Part shown: one piece after another, positions 43,916 to 54,768 of the stretch
Position numbering within the stretch: position 1 is the first letter of the stretch
Layout of the letters: every line of letters starts with the position of its first letter
IMG/VR virus record: IMGVR_UViG_2061766007_002077
Origin: an uncultured virus (IMG/VR IMGVR_UViG_2061766007_002077)
Taxonomy: Duplodnaviria > Heunggongvirae > Uroviricota > Caudoviricetes
Length of the DNA stretch: 64,000 bases
Strand: one strand, 5' to 3'
Made by a program: the position numbers and the translations under genes
Notes under the pieces: generated by a model
Told to the model about the DNA's origin: nothing
Databases searched by the model: none
The model's input: only the letters and a program-made list of their open reading frames with translations

Positions 43916-45897
43916 ATGAACACCATAAAGAAGGCCTTAGAGTTCCTTACTAACAACGATGCCCTTGATGAGAAACAGAAAATAGGACTTCTGCAGGATT
44001 CTTGGAAGATAAACTACAGAGCCAAACCCCCTACACCAGATGAATTCCTTACATCCAGATATCTGGGTCCTACCGCAGACACCTTGTATCCTTGGGTCAA
44101 AAAAACCTTCATGGAGTTCATGGACCCCTCGGCCAAATACAGAAATCTCATTCTGTATCCTCACATCGGTTGGGGAAAATCGTTCCTTTCAACTCTCATA
44201 ACATTGTATCTTGACATCTGCGTTTCCTTGATGCATGACCCATCGAAATATTTCGGGTTAAGTAAGGCCACAAGTTTCTCATCAATGCTTGTATCCTACT
44301 CCATCAAGAAATCCTATGAGGTCTTGGTCAATCCGTTCATAAACATAATGGAATCATCTCCGTTCTTTGAGAAAGTTACAAGAAGGGATTCGATGCAGGA
44401 ACTTGTCAATGAGTTCCAAAAGGGAAGACCAGTTGACAAGCTCTACTACACAACAGCTTCAAAAGACAAATCATCAATCTTTGAATTTGACTCAGGTTTA
44501 AGTATCAAGGCAGCAAGTAGCCCACAGGCACTTCTCGGATTGACACTCATATCAATAACATATTCAGAATTGGCGTTCTTCACAGATGCGGGTAAATCAT
44601 CAGATTATATATTAAGGATATATAATGACGGAAAAGCTCGTGTACGTTCAAGATTGGAGACAAATCAAGTTGACTACAAGACAGGAAACAAGATTGTCGA
44701 TTACTACGGAAGGTCAATCCTTGACTCATCACCTAATGACTTGAACAATGCAATAGATGATTACATTGTGAACAAGGCAAGTGAAGACCCAACCAACTAC
44801 ATCGTTAAAGGTTCAAGATGGGAATGGAGACCAGATGATTACAAGAATGACTTTGAGACAGGAAATACCTTCCAGGTCTATCTTGGTGGCAGAGGTAATC
44901 CTCCGAAAATTCTTGAAAAGAATGACCCTATACTTCAATCAGATACTGCTGACAAGAACAAGATAATAACTGTCCCAGGTTCACTTAAACAGACTTTCAA
45001 GGATGACTTGAAGAAAGCCCTTAAGGACTGGGCTGGTATTCCGACAGGTTCAGCAGGTAGTCTTGTATATGATTATGTTCCCCTTGAAAAGATGTTCAAT
45101 AATAACTTGAAGAACATTTATTTGAATATAGAGGCTCCTGCTAACGAACCCCCAAGAGACTTGATATGGAATCAGATTGCCCCNNNNNNNNNNNNNNNNN
45201 NATATTACTATAAACCAAGAATCCCAAGATGCCTGTCAGTTGACCAGTCCTATGCCACGGATGTAACTTCAATATCCATGAGTCATGTAGAGAGACTGGG
45301 GGATACAGGAGACTTGATTTATGTTGTGGATTTCTCCATAGCGATACTTCCGTCAAAGAAGTCAAATGTAAATTTGGAAGCCATCAGATGCTTCATAGAG
45401 GATTTAAGAATCAAAGGACATCTGAACATTGCTCATATATCATTTGACCAGTTCCAAAGTGAAACCACTATACAGAACCTTACAAGAGCCAAATTTGACG
45501 TAGAGAAACTTTCAGTTGACAAAACAATGGACCCTTATCTTAACTTCATAAGTCTGATGAACACTGGAAGGGTAGTATGCGGAAAGAACATCTTCCTCAA
45601 GAACAACATAAAATCCCTTAATGTCATAAGACCCAAAACGGAAAAGGGTAAATCCAAGATTGACCATGACAATTCAAGAGAGCAAGTCCTTACTGGAGAT
45701 ACCAAATGGGAGACATCCAAGATAGGTTGGTTCGGTAAGGATGTGAGTGATTCCGTATGTGCCTCAATAGAACTATGCAGATTATACATGCCGTTGGCTG
45801 AGGAAACTTGGACAGGAGGTCCTAAAAAAGAGGATTTGACTTCCATCGGCGAAAGAAAGAACGCTGAGGATAACATGAAGAATCTTCTTGACAAGTT
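43916..45897 (+). CDS. terL: Large terminase subunit (start and stop in gaps)
   Basis: PTPDEFL, PHIGWGKS Walker A, YSELAF, ILDSSP, nuclease SVDQS..DVT, SFDQFQS, KIDH, KDVSDSV. Confidence 0.85.
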
Positions 45898-45955
45898 NNN
45901 NNNNNNNNNNNNNNNNNAGACCCCAAACGGGGTCTTTTTCAATGGAATCAAGGAA

Positions 45956-46957
45956 TCATTCCTCAACTTTAAGAGGAACCTTATGAATCTCATAAGATGT
46001 TCCAAGAAGTTCCTTTTCCTCTGGAAGTACTGAAGCTTCCAGTTCAGCTTTCTTTTCCTCAGCAGCTTCCTTTGTATCTAACTCAAAGACNNNNNNNNNN
46101 NNNNNCACATCCTCACCAAGAGAAGAACCAATACCCGAAACCCTTCTCACCTGATAGATACCAGGTTTTCCATCATCCTCTTCCTTGGATTCTGTGATTC
46201 CCTCAATACCAGGTTCACCCCAAGTCTTGATAAGACTTTCAGCATAATTGGGGTCAATGACAACACCATCATCCTGTAAATAAACCTTTCCAAGTTTTTC
46301 AAGGGACTTGTTGGCATCAAGCCATTTATAAAAATCGGTTTCCTTGTCAAAAGGATTGGAATCACTGACTTTGACTTTGGATGTCCACCACTTGCCTTCC
46401 ATCTTTCCCTTAGGAGTAGACTTCCAGCTTCCTACCCACTCATCACTCATGTAAGGGAGTCGGTTTTCAGCGAATCTTTTTCTGTTATCCTCTACTGAAG
46501 ATTTTTTTTTTGACTCCTCGATAGGAGCTTCCTCAGTCTGATAAGACTGATTCTGAGGAATCTCATCAACTGGGCTCTCTACCTTTCCGGCAGGAGTATC
46601 AAGGTTGACATTCTTTGGAACAACTGGTGAGGCCAGTTCTGTGACAGAAGGTTCCTGTCTAATCATTGCAAGAGGTACTGAATCGAGGAAGATTGTAAGG
46701 TCCTTGAGACTTCCAGGTACTCTGTCACCAGTGACAAGATTATCAATAGGCTCTGCGATTCCCTGGACACCAGGGATGAAATACTTGGCCATCTGTTCCT
46801 TGAAAACCTTGGCGATTACACCACCAAAAGTATTGGCGTCATTCATGAGAACCTTGGAGTTCTCAACAATCTGATCTACAAGTGTTCTGATTGACTCAAG
46901 GTCATCCTGCAAGGATTTGATTCCATTATATAGCTTGTTAGGGTCTTTTTCAGCCAT
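45956..46957 (-). CDS. Late multi-module protein
   Basis: ACTAATT at 46999; linkers IEESKKK, RFAEN, ITESK. Confidence 0.6.
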   Translation of the reverse strand: MAEKDPNKLYNGIKSLQDDLESIRTLVDQIVENSKVLMNDANTFGGVIAKVFKEQMAKYFIPGVQGIAEPIDNLVTGDRVPGSLKDLTIFLDSVPLAMIRQEPSVTELASPVVPKNVNLDTPAGKVESPVDEIPQNQSYQTEEAPIEESKKKSSVEDNRKRFAENRLPYMSDEWVGSWKSTPKGKMEGKWWTSKVKVSDSNPFDKETDFYKWLDANKSLEKLGKVYLQDDGVVIDPNYAESLIKTWGEPGIEGITESKEEDDGKPGIYQVRRVSGIGSSLGEDVXXXXXVFELDTKEAAEEKKAELEASVLPEEKELLGTSYEIHKVPLKVEE

Positions 46958-47011
46958 TTTATGCTATCTCCAAAAAATAATTTTATTACTTTGTCTTAAA
47001 TTAGTTGTATC

Positions 47012-47398
47012 TTAATCCATTGATGAAGAAGCGACCATAATGGCCTGTTCAATCTTCCTCTGAAGCATCGGAATCAGACATACATCCTTCTCATAGTAGA
47101 CATCACCTATGAGTTTCTTGAAATTTGCTCCAAGGTCAACAAAGCAATCTACTTCGGGGGTGATATCACCATTAGGCATCACCTTGTCTTTTGAATACTT
47201 CACGCTTACCCTTCCCAAATAGGGAACTGATAAGGAAGCATAACTCTCAGGATTATCGGCAATCTTTATTGCCCAACTGCACAAAAGATACTCAAGAACT
47301 TCCTTGACTATATTCTGTGGAATACCGCTCAATGCTGATACTTCCATAATCACATTCTTGGTATCATCATCTAATTTCAGAAGATTATTGTTTGTCAT
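47012..47398 (-). CDS. HU/IHF-like DNA-binding protein
   Basis: VIMEVSALSGIPQNIVKEVLE...LSVPYLGRVSV pattern. Confidence 0.5.
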   Translation of the reverse strand: MTNNNLLKLDDDTKNVIMEVSALSGIPQNIVKEVLEYLLCSWAIKIADNPESYASLSVPYLGRVSVKYSKDKVMPNGDITPEVDCFVDLGANFKKLIGDVYYEKDVCLIPMLQRKIEQAIMVASSSMD

Positions 47399-47470
47399 TA
47401 TTATTTTCTCTATATACTTAATATAATGCAAGTATCTGACTAATTGTTATACCATAAGGAAAATATTTAC

Positions 47471-47878
47471 ATGAAATCTTCACAATTCAACAGCGGAAAC
47501 TATAACTCATGGGATAAGCTTGTCAAGCAGACACTCCCTCAGGTAAATGATACAATAAGAAATGTCCTCATTCCTAAGATTGACGCGACACTTGAATCAA
47601 TGCTTGGTGGAATGGACGCCCCATTTACAAAAGAGTGCATAGACATCAGCCAGAATTTTGAGGGTAACCAGATTTCAGGAGTCATCTGTGAAATCACATA
47701 TATTGTGGATGATTTCCAGGTCCCTGATGCACCTAAGGACGCTGTGGAAACAGATATAAAGGCCATCACTGAAGCCCTCAAGGATAACAAGTATGAGATT
47801 ACAGACTTAACTATCTCAACAAGTGATGGAAAGATGAAGATTACCGTGGAAATCGACTTTGAGGATAACGAAAAGTGA
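47471..47878 (+). CDS. Late hypothetical protein
   Basis: ACTAATT at 47439; AAGGA RBS. Confidence 0.6.
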   Translation: MKSSQFNSGNYNSWDKLVKQTLPQVNDTIRNVLIPKIDATLESMLGGMDAPFTKECIDISQNFEGNQISGVICEITYIVDDFQVPDAPKDAVETDIKAITEALKDNKYEITDLTISTSDGKMKITVEIDFEDNEK

Positions 47879-48993
47879 CCAAGAAGGATTATTTGAGAAC
47901 GAAAACTGACCCAGAAGAAAGGGTAATGACATGGAAGGCCTTAGGGTCTAACATAATAAATGACTCCACGAAGATATACATAGCCAATCAGATTTACTAT
48001 GTCAATGTCCCATTAAGTGAACTTAATGGAGCTATATTGTACTGCAATATGGATTACACCGGAAACATAGACTGGACGGCAGGTAAATTATTTGATTTAT
48101 ATTATGGAGAAATCACATTCGGTTACAATGTGGCATCCCCTTATTTCTCTATGGTGCTCACCCCTAATGAATGGAAAGAATGGGAAGATGAGACAGGTGG
48201 TACATCTTCTCCTTCATTCATAAATAAATACAAGAGTTTTGTTCCTTATAAAAACTATAACCTACAAGATAAGGTCACAATCAGCGAAGAGGATTACAGA
48301 AGGGTTATAAGTGTCCTTGGTTCTCCATTCATAAGGGAAGATGAACTTGAATACACAAGAGATGAGATATGTGATTTGGCAATCAGACCTGCTCTTGAAG
48401 AATNNNNNNNNNNNNNNNNNNNNNNNNNNATGTCCAATTCCCTGATGAATCATGCTATGATGTTGTAGGTGTTTACCTTCAGCAGTATGGTGGTTCAATG
48501 AACGGAAACATGCTGAGTCCTCTGTTCTATGGAATGGAGCAGTCATTGTATTCTGGATTGAATTACACAGGACTTTCAGGTTCATACACCGGAAGTAAGG
48601 CTCCCAAGACACAGACCAACTCGGTATCCAATGTAATCACATCAAGGGCTAATGCACAAGCACTCATAAACTATGGAAGAAGAGTTCACTTTGAAGGCCC
48701 TTATGAGCCTGACGGAGACCATGACAGTAAGTGGATTAGGGTTTGGTCAAATACCCAAGGTGTTCTGAACATATGGTTCGCAAGAAGAACTCTGAACTTC
48801 AATGAGGTCTTACATCAGCATAGGACAAGAGTATTTGATTACTCACAGGCCTGTGTTAAGGAATTATTCGGTTATCTCAGGAGACAATCCAAGTCAGACA
48901 TTCCTGGACTTATAGATTATAAGGAATGGCTCTCTGAGGCTAAGGAAACAAAGGAAAAGATACAGGGTGAATGGAAGGCCATGGTCAAGTGGG
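47875..48993 (+). CDS. Neck/head-completion protein, T4 gp13-like (one gene across N gap)
   Basis: VLGSPFI..ELEYT.DEI.DLAI..ALEE; C-terminal FDYSQACVKELFG..R...WLSEAKE. Confidence 0.65.
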
Positions 48994-49054
48994 NNNNNNN
49001 NNNNNNNNNNATAAAAAGGAGTCCAAACGGACTCCTTAATTTTTATTCTGATAA

Positions 49055-49439
49055 CTACTCCTTGAAAATGTAATTTATCTTCTTTGCTATCCTCTTTGAG
49101 AACTCAATGGCCTTCTGGAATACATCTATGAACTCTTTTGGAGACTTTATAGGTCTCATTACCTGAGGATAATCTTTTCTTGGTAGTATGTTAATGCTTA
49201 CAGTATTGTTATATCCCTTCTGTCCTACAGAAATATTAATTCCGAAATCTTGGGCTTTTCCTTTTGAATCAACCCTATATTCACCCTTTCCGTAATCAAT
49301 ACCGCCATAAGTATCAATCTTTTTTCCGGAAATTATATAGAATCTGAAATNNNNNNNNNNNNNNNNNNTTTATTGTGTTTTCAGGGACAAATTCCCTTAA
49401 TCTCAATGTATTATTTTCTTTCCACTTTGTATTGGCCAT
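49055..49439 (-). CDS. Small protein with WK-NN-LRLRE leader (absent from ORF track)
   Basis: ATG at 49439 gives MANTKWKENNTLRLRE; GAGG RBS; ACTAATT at 49459; open frame after gap to TAG at 49055. Confidence 0.65.
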
Positions 49440-49522
49440 ATTTTACCTCTGAACAATAAATTAGTCAATAAAAAGAACAGACCCCTTTTCAGAGGTCTGT
49501 TTTCCTTTTACCACAAGGTCAA

Positions 49523-49975
49523 TCACTTGATTGTGAGCTTCTTTGTGGTCTCTTTCTGGACTTCCTTGACCGGAATGAAGATGGTCAGAAGTCCGTCCTC
49601 ATAGGTGACTTCTGCCTTCTCTGTGTCATATCCCTCAGGAATCTTGTAAAGCTTCTTGAATGACTGAGCCTGGATTCTGTGTTTCTTGTAAATCTTGGAA
49701 TCATCTTCCTTGACCTCAGGAACCTCAGCAGAAATCTTAAGAGTTGTTCCATCAATCTCAACGGAAAGCCAATCCTTCTTGTAACCTGTCAGAGCAAGCT
49801 CATAGGTGCAGGCATTGGAATCCTGATTCACATAAAGGTTGATTGGAGGGAAAGAATCATCAAAACTGAATCTTGGGCTCTTGAAAACCTGGTCGAAATC
49901 CGCGAAAACATTTTCGAGGAAACTGCTACCAAAAACGCTTGGTAATGTTGTGTACATCCTGTACTCCCTTGACAT
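49523..49975 (-). CDS. Hsp20 small heat-shock protein
   Basis: FPPINLY, ELALTGY, SFKKLY, AEVTYEDGLLTIFIP. Confidence 0.9.
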   Translation of the reverse strand: MSREYRMYTTLPSVFGSSFLENVFADFDQVFKSPRFSFDDSFPPINLYVNQDSNACTYELALTGYKKDWLSVEIDGTTLKISAEVPEVKEDDSKIYKKHRIQAQSFKKLYKIPEGYDTEKAEVTYEDGLLTIFIPVKEVQKETTKKLTIK

Positions 49976-50049
49976 GACTTCCTGCCATGTCTTTAATGAA
50001 ATATATTCAGGGTCATACCGACCCATATTTTCCACAATCTTAATTAGTA

Positions 50050-50736
50050 TCAAATCTGATTATTCAAAATCAGATTATCTACCATATGGTCTGTCGGAAC
50101 TTCCTCTTTCTCAAGGACTCTTTCATCAAGGGCGCCTATGAATTCCTTCATATATGGAAGTTCCAGAATCCAGTCACAGAAAGTGTGCCACTCATCCAGC
50201 TTGTGATTCCTTCTCTGAAAATACATGGACATGAGTGTTTCATAATTTCCGTCCCAAGTCCTCATCTGATTGTAAGAGGAAGGAAGCATCTGTATGATTT
50301 GCCACCAGTTATCCTTGTCTTTTGTCTCAATGAACTTTTCTCTGTATAAGTTCATAAGTTCAATGATTCCTTTGAGAGTGTTTTTCATCAAATCATTCAG
50401 GTGCTCAGTACTGAAATCATCAATTGTCAAGTCTCTTGAATGAATCTTATGCATCGTGGAACAGGAATCCGCCACAGTCGAAATCTTATAGGTGTCAAAC
50501 TCCTTCCACCAATAAAGAGGTGCAGTGATATCCACCTGGACATGAAGCATTCTCAGGAACTTTCTGTCAGCCGGACCAGCCTTGATAAGAGCCTTGGCCA
50601 ACTTCATATCATTCTCACCAATCTTAATTTTTGGTGTAAAAGTCGAATCACCCTTTTTCCAAGAATTAAGAGGATTTCTCATTCCCCTAAATGCACTTTC
50701 AAAACCTAAAACCGATGTATTCTCTACTTTCAACAT
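50050..50736 (-). CDS. Conserved phage protein, distant ThyX-like
   Basis: AFRGMRNP, RKFLRM.HVQVDITAPLYWWKEFDTYK, SCSTMH, RRNHKLDEW. Confidence 0.55.
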   Translation of the reverse strand: MLKVENTSVLGFESAFRGMRNPLNSWKKGDSTFTPKIKIGENDMKLAKALIKAGPADRKFLRMLHVQVDITAPLYWWKEFDTYKISTVADSCSTMHKIHSRDLTIDDFSTEHLNDLMKNTLKGIIELMNLYREKFIETKDKDNWWQIIQMLPSSYNQMRTWDGNYETLMSMYFQRRNHKLDEWHTFCDWILELPYMKEFIGALDERVLEKEEVPTDHMVDNLILNNQI

Positions 50737-50801
50737 ACACTCTTAATATAAAGAAAAAACCTCTCAATTTGAGAGGCTATTTTATAATTTATATTTTATC
50801 A

Positions 50802-51302
50802 TTATCTATAAAAGTCTCTTTCAACTTCTATGTATTCTTCCACAGGACATTCCTTCCATTGAGGACTATTGTTGGATTTTGAATCCTTGTATCTCATAAA
50901 AAACGGAATCAGCTCTTCTTTATATTCCTCATCCCTTTTTATTTGAGAAAATCCTTTGTCATTAAGATTCTTTAATGATAATGGTGAATAAAGAGGATGA
51001 TAAATGGTGATTGTATCATCATCCTTTTCAACAGGAATTATATCTGCATCAGAACTTACATCTTCAAAGTATTCATAAGCCTTGTCTTTCAGTTCCTTGT
51101 TATCATAACAAAAATTTGCCTTAAAATACCTATTGTCATAATAGCCATTTTCCTGATAATATCTGTCAGGGTCATATTTTAGATTGTAACATATGGATTT
51201 ATCAATAAAATCATCAACAAGACCTTTGGTTTCATCATCAAGACTATCATACAAACTTTTTTCTCTTAATAAGGTATTATTGTCTTTCCAAGATTTCTTC
51301 AT
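50802..51302 (-). CDS. Small protein with WKDNN-LLRE leader
   Basis: MKKSWKDNNTLLRE. Confidence 0.7.
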   Translation of the reverse strand: MKKSWKDNNTLLREKSLYDSLDDETKGLVDDFIDKSICYNLKYDPDRYYQENGYYDNRYFKANFCYDNKELKDKAYEYFEDVSSDADIIPVEKDDDTITIYHPLYSPLSLKNLNDKGFSQIKRDEEYKEELIPFFMRYKDSKSNNSPQWKECPVEEYIEVERDFYR

Positions 51303-51366
51303 ATNNNNNNNNNNNNNNNNNNNNNNNNNNNNNNNNNNNNNNNNATATTAGATAAAAATATTACAA

Positions 51367-51750
51367 TTATAAGATATCATAATTATTTATACCGCATACA
51401 GGAAGTCTAACAAGACCCTTAACTTTTTTTGCAAATTTTAAGGCACTTCCAATGCAAGACCTTAATTCAAATGCATCTGATACTCCAGATTTCCCATCAT
51501 ATCCTTTCCATGCAATACGAATATCAGATANNNNNNNNNNNNNNNNNNNNNNNNNNNNNNNNNNNNNNNNNNNNNNNNNNNNNNNNNNNNNNNNNNNNNN
51601 NNNNNCAAAATTAGAATTTTCAAATAATGGACTAGTGCTCCATTTTACTGGATACTTATCAGCATCCCAGTCTTCGTCTGTACTTACCAGTTCAAGTTCT
51701 TCTGACTTTTCTCTAAGAATCATATTTTCTTCTTTCCAGGCTTTTTTCAT
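51367..51750 (-). CDS. Small protein with WK-N-ILRE leader
   Basis: MKKAWKEENMILRE; ACTAATT at 51776. Confidence 0.7.
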   Translation of the reverse strand: MKKAWKEENMILREKSEELELVSTDEDWDADKYPVKWSTSPLFENSNFXXXXXXXXXXXXXXXXXXXXXXXXXXSDIRIAWKGYDGKSGVSDAFELRSCIGSALKFAKKVKGLVRLPVCGINNYDIL

Positions 51751-51834
51751 ATATAATTCCTTTTTAAATATAAGAAATTAGTATAAAGAAAAACCCCTCT
51801 GATTGGAGGGGTATATATGAAAGTCTGTAAAATA

Positions 51835-52404
51835 TCAGAAAAGGCTTGCCTTAAGTGAAACACCAATAACAGCTGCCTTCCAGAAGTTCTCCAAATCAAC
51901 ATCGCTGTACTGGAAAGTGGTGATATTGCTGAGTGTGTAAAGGGTAGGAACATATCCGTAAAGACCAACTCTGAGGTTACCAAGAAGAACATCAACCTCT
52001 GCTCTCACGGAAAGATTAGCGTTGAGGAAATCTCCACCGACAAATCTGAATCCGTTCTCTGCATCATAAAGGTAATTGACACCAAGACCGACACCTACTC
52101 TGACAAAGAAAATGTCAAGGACAACGTTTCCTGAAAGAAGTCCGTTAAGGATTGCCTTATCCTCAACCTTTGTGACAAAAGCTGTGGCGTTTACATCTGC
52201 AATTGTGAACTTGACATCAGCGGTGGCTCCGAAATTGAAGTCATTGATATCAAACTTGAATTCCTGGAAATTATTTGATTCCTCAAGTGTGTTTCCAAGA
52301 GTTGAATTATACTGACCGATAATACCAAGGTCAACCTCAAATGTTCCTGCGAAAAGTGCCATAGCACAGAAAACACAAAGCATCACTGCTAAAAATTTCT
52401 TCAT
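51835..52404 (-). CDS. Secreted/outer-membrane beta-barrel-like protein
   Basis: Signal peptide MKKFLAVMLCVFCAMALFA; alternating hydrophobic strands; terminal Phe. Confidence 0.7.
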   Translation of the reverse strand: MKKFLAVMLCVFCAMALFAGTFEVDLGIIGQYNSTLGNTLEESNNFQEFKFDINDFNFGATADVKFTIADVNATAFVTKVEDKAILNGLLSGNVVLDIFFVRVGVGLGVNYLYDAENGFRFVGGDFLNANLSVRAEVDVLLGNLRVGLYGYVPTLYTLSNITTFQYSDVDLENFWKAAVIGVSLKASLF

Positions 52405-52499
52405 ATAAAAAAATCTCCTTAATTTTCGAAAAATAATGTGGAAAGATTTTCCACTCTCCACATAATATAACCAACGAATAAGATAAAAGTTACAAAAAA

Positions 52500-53050
52500 T
52501 TATTTTATCAGTACAGACCTTATCTCATCATAGACTTCCTTGGCAATCATGTTGTCCATGATGGGGACACTCTCACAGAAACTGTCAAAGTCTCCGTCAA
52601 CCGCAAACTGTCTGACCTTTGTGGCTGACATTCCTGTGATTCCATCTGAATCGGGGTCTCTTTCTCCTGCACTGATACCCTCGATTGAATCAAAATTATA
52701 GATTCTTCCGTTGGGATTCAAGGGGACATTATTGTATTTGCTCAAAAGTCCCTTGAGGTCCTCCAATCTGTCAGAACCGGCCACAACCTTAATGTCCGTG
52801 AATCCCTTCTCATAAAGTTCAACTGCGACCTCAAGAATTGTCCTCACATCTGATGTCATGAACTCAACATCGAGCCCCTGACTCTTTATTATATATTTTA
52901 TGAGAGCGGCCTTTGTGGGATAACTCAGAGGATTNNNNNNNNNNNNNNNNNNGCATCAGCCCCATTCACGGTCTTCCATAACTGAAGGTGACCGTATGTG
53001 GGAGGATTGTATCTACCGAAACAGAAAGCCGCTGACTTTGAATCTGACAT
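52500..53050 (-). CDS. Cytidyltransferase-like (HxGH superfamily) protein (one gene across N gap)
   Basis: FCFGRYNPPTYGH, NPLSY, VAGSDR, SAGERDPD, MSATKVR. Confidence 0.85.
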
Positions 53051-53060
53051 ATTTTTCTCC

Positions 53061-54723
53061 TTAGGAAATCTTTACATATGGAGCAAAGGTCTTACCAGAT
53101 TTAAGGGCTCCATTATACCATTTATCAAGANNNNNNNNNNNNNNNNNNNNNNNNNNNNNNNNNNNNNNNNNNNNNNTCAAGTAATTTTTCCTTATCGTTT
53201 GGGTCAGTTATCTTGTTTAATCCCATTGACCTCACTCTATTCACAAAGGCATCCCAATCAGCAACTGATAACTCTTTATCTCCAGCATATATTCTAAGAG
53301 AAGAATTACACAAGGCTTCAACCTTTCCATGTAATTTAATTAAGTCTGGTATAAGATTGGTAAAACTCTCATCAGTAAGGGTATCCTGTGTTTCCTCGTA
53401 CTCTGCATCATCATATATCTCTTCCTCATAACTTTCATCATTATTGGATTCATCTTCTTTTCCAATAAGGATTTTAGGAGTCTTACCTATTCTTGCCTTG
53501 GCATCCTCATATTCAAGCTCAAGGGATAGACCTCTGGACTTGGTGAATCTTCTGAAATCATATTTTATTCTGCTTTGGAATTCATCCTCAGCTTTACTAT
53601 TTATAACTGTAAATCTGACTCCACCAAGATTATTGGTATTACCCCTTTCAGATGCTAAACATAATTTAGGCATCTTTATGGCGCCATCTATACTCATCTC
53701 ATTTTCATGCCAATTCTTGTCCACATTGACATTCTCTAATCTTGGATGAGAGTCATCTGTTATCTTTTTAAGGGATATTCCTACAACCTTATCAACAACA
53801 TTGTTATCGTCTACGATATATCTTCTGAGAAGTTCATTGACACAATCTCTATTGCTTTCCATATCCTCTGGATTCTTCCCGAGGTCACCAGTCATGATAT
53901 TCCAGTCTTTTACAAAATTATCATAGGAATTAACTTCACATATATAGATATCAGATGGATTCCAAGTATCCTTCTTTGTACCCTTAGGGAATACCCTTCT
54001 ATCTCTTACGATATCATCTATCTTTTTATGTAAGGATTCAATTCCATTTCTTTGTTGTGACTTAGGAAGGAAAACCCTATCTTCTCTAAAAACAAAATAA
54101 ACATTTTCTCCATTATGGCTAAATCTGTTTACTATGGCATATGTTCCTTGCTTTATGGATTCAGCCCAATCCATATTGAGTCCCTTACTTTCCAGGAAAT
54201 CCTCATCAATAAGGTCATCAAAACTGACTTTTTCTGATTCAGAAGTATATTTATATCTGTTCTCAAGTTCCCTACAAACACACTCAGCCCAAATTTCTTC
54301 CATATTTCTGGTCTGTTCGGCAGTCATTCCGACTTTACCGTTGTTCTTGAATCTAATATCAAAGACTATCTCATTATCTTCTTCATCATTCAATGTAACT
54401 CTTGCTGTAGGAGTTGTTCCATCCTTAGGAGTCTTTTCCAATTTAATATCTGGATTTTCATCTCCAAATTTAAATAACCTTGACTGAAGTTCAGTTCTAT
54501 ATTCCTTTTCCTCAGGGGCTATATGAACCAAAAAATCTGAATTTGGCTTTTTAGGAGTAGCCTTAATACCCTTTCTATCATTNNNNNNNNNNNNNNNNNN
54601 NNNNNNTTGGCATCCATCAAGCTGGATTCTTTATCTGCCTTTGATATGGAAGGCTTCTTATCTTTATTCTTATTCTTAGGTATAGAATCCTTAACGTTTT
54701 TATTTAATTCATCTGTATTATCT
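53061..54723 (-). CDS. Putative PD-(D/E)XK nuclease-like protein (start uncertain because of gaps)
   Basis: KKDTWNPSDIYI, VGISLKK, AR.GK, C-terminal APYVKIS. Confidence 0.5.
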
Positions 54724-54768
54724 NNNNNNNNNNNNNNNNNNNNNNNNNNNNNNNNNNNNNNNNNNNNN

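Noticed and set aside
43916..45897. Intein or intron in terminase, RecA or primase
   Set aside because: No C/S...HN splice motifs, homing-nuclease inserts or motif discontinuities seen
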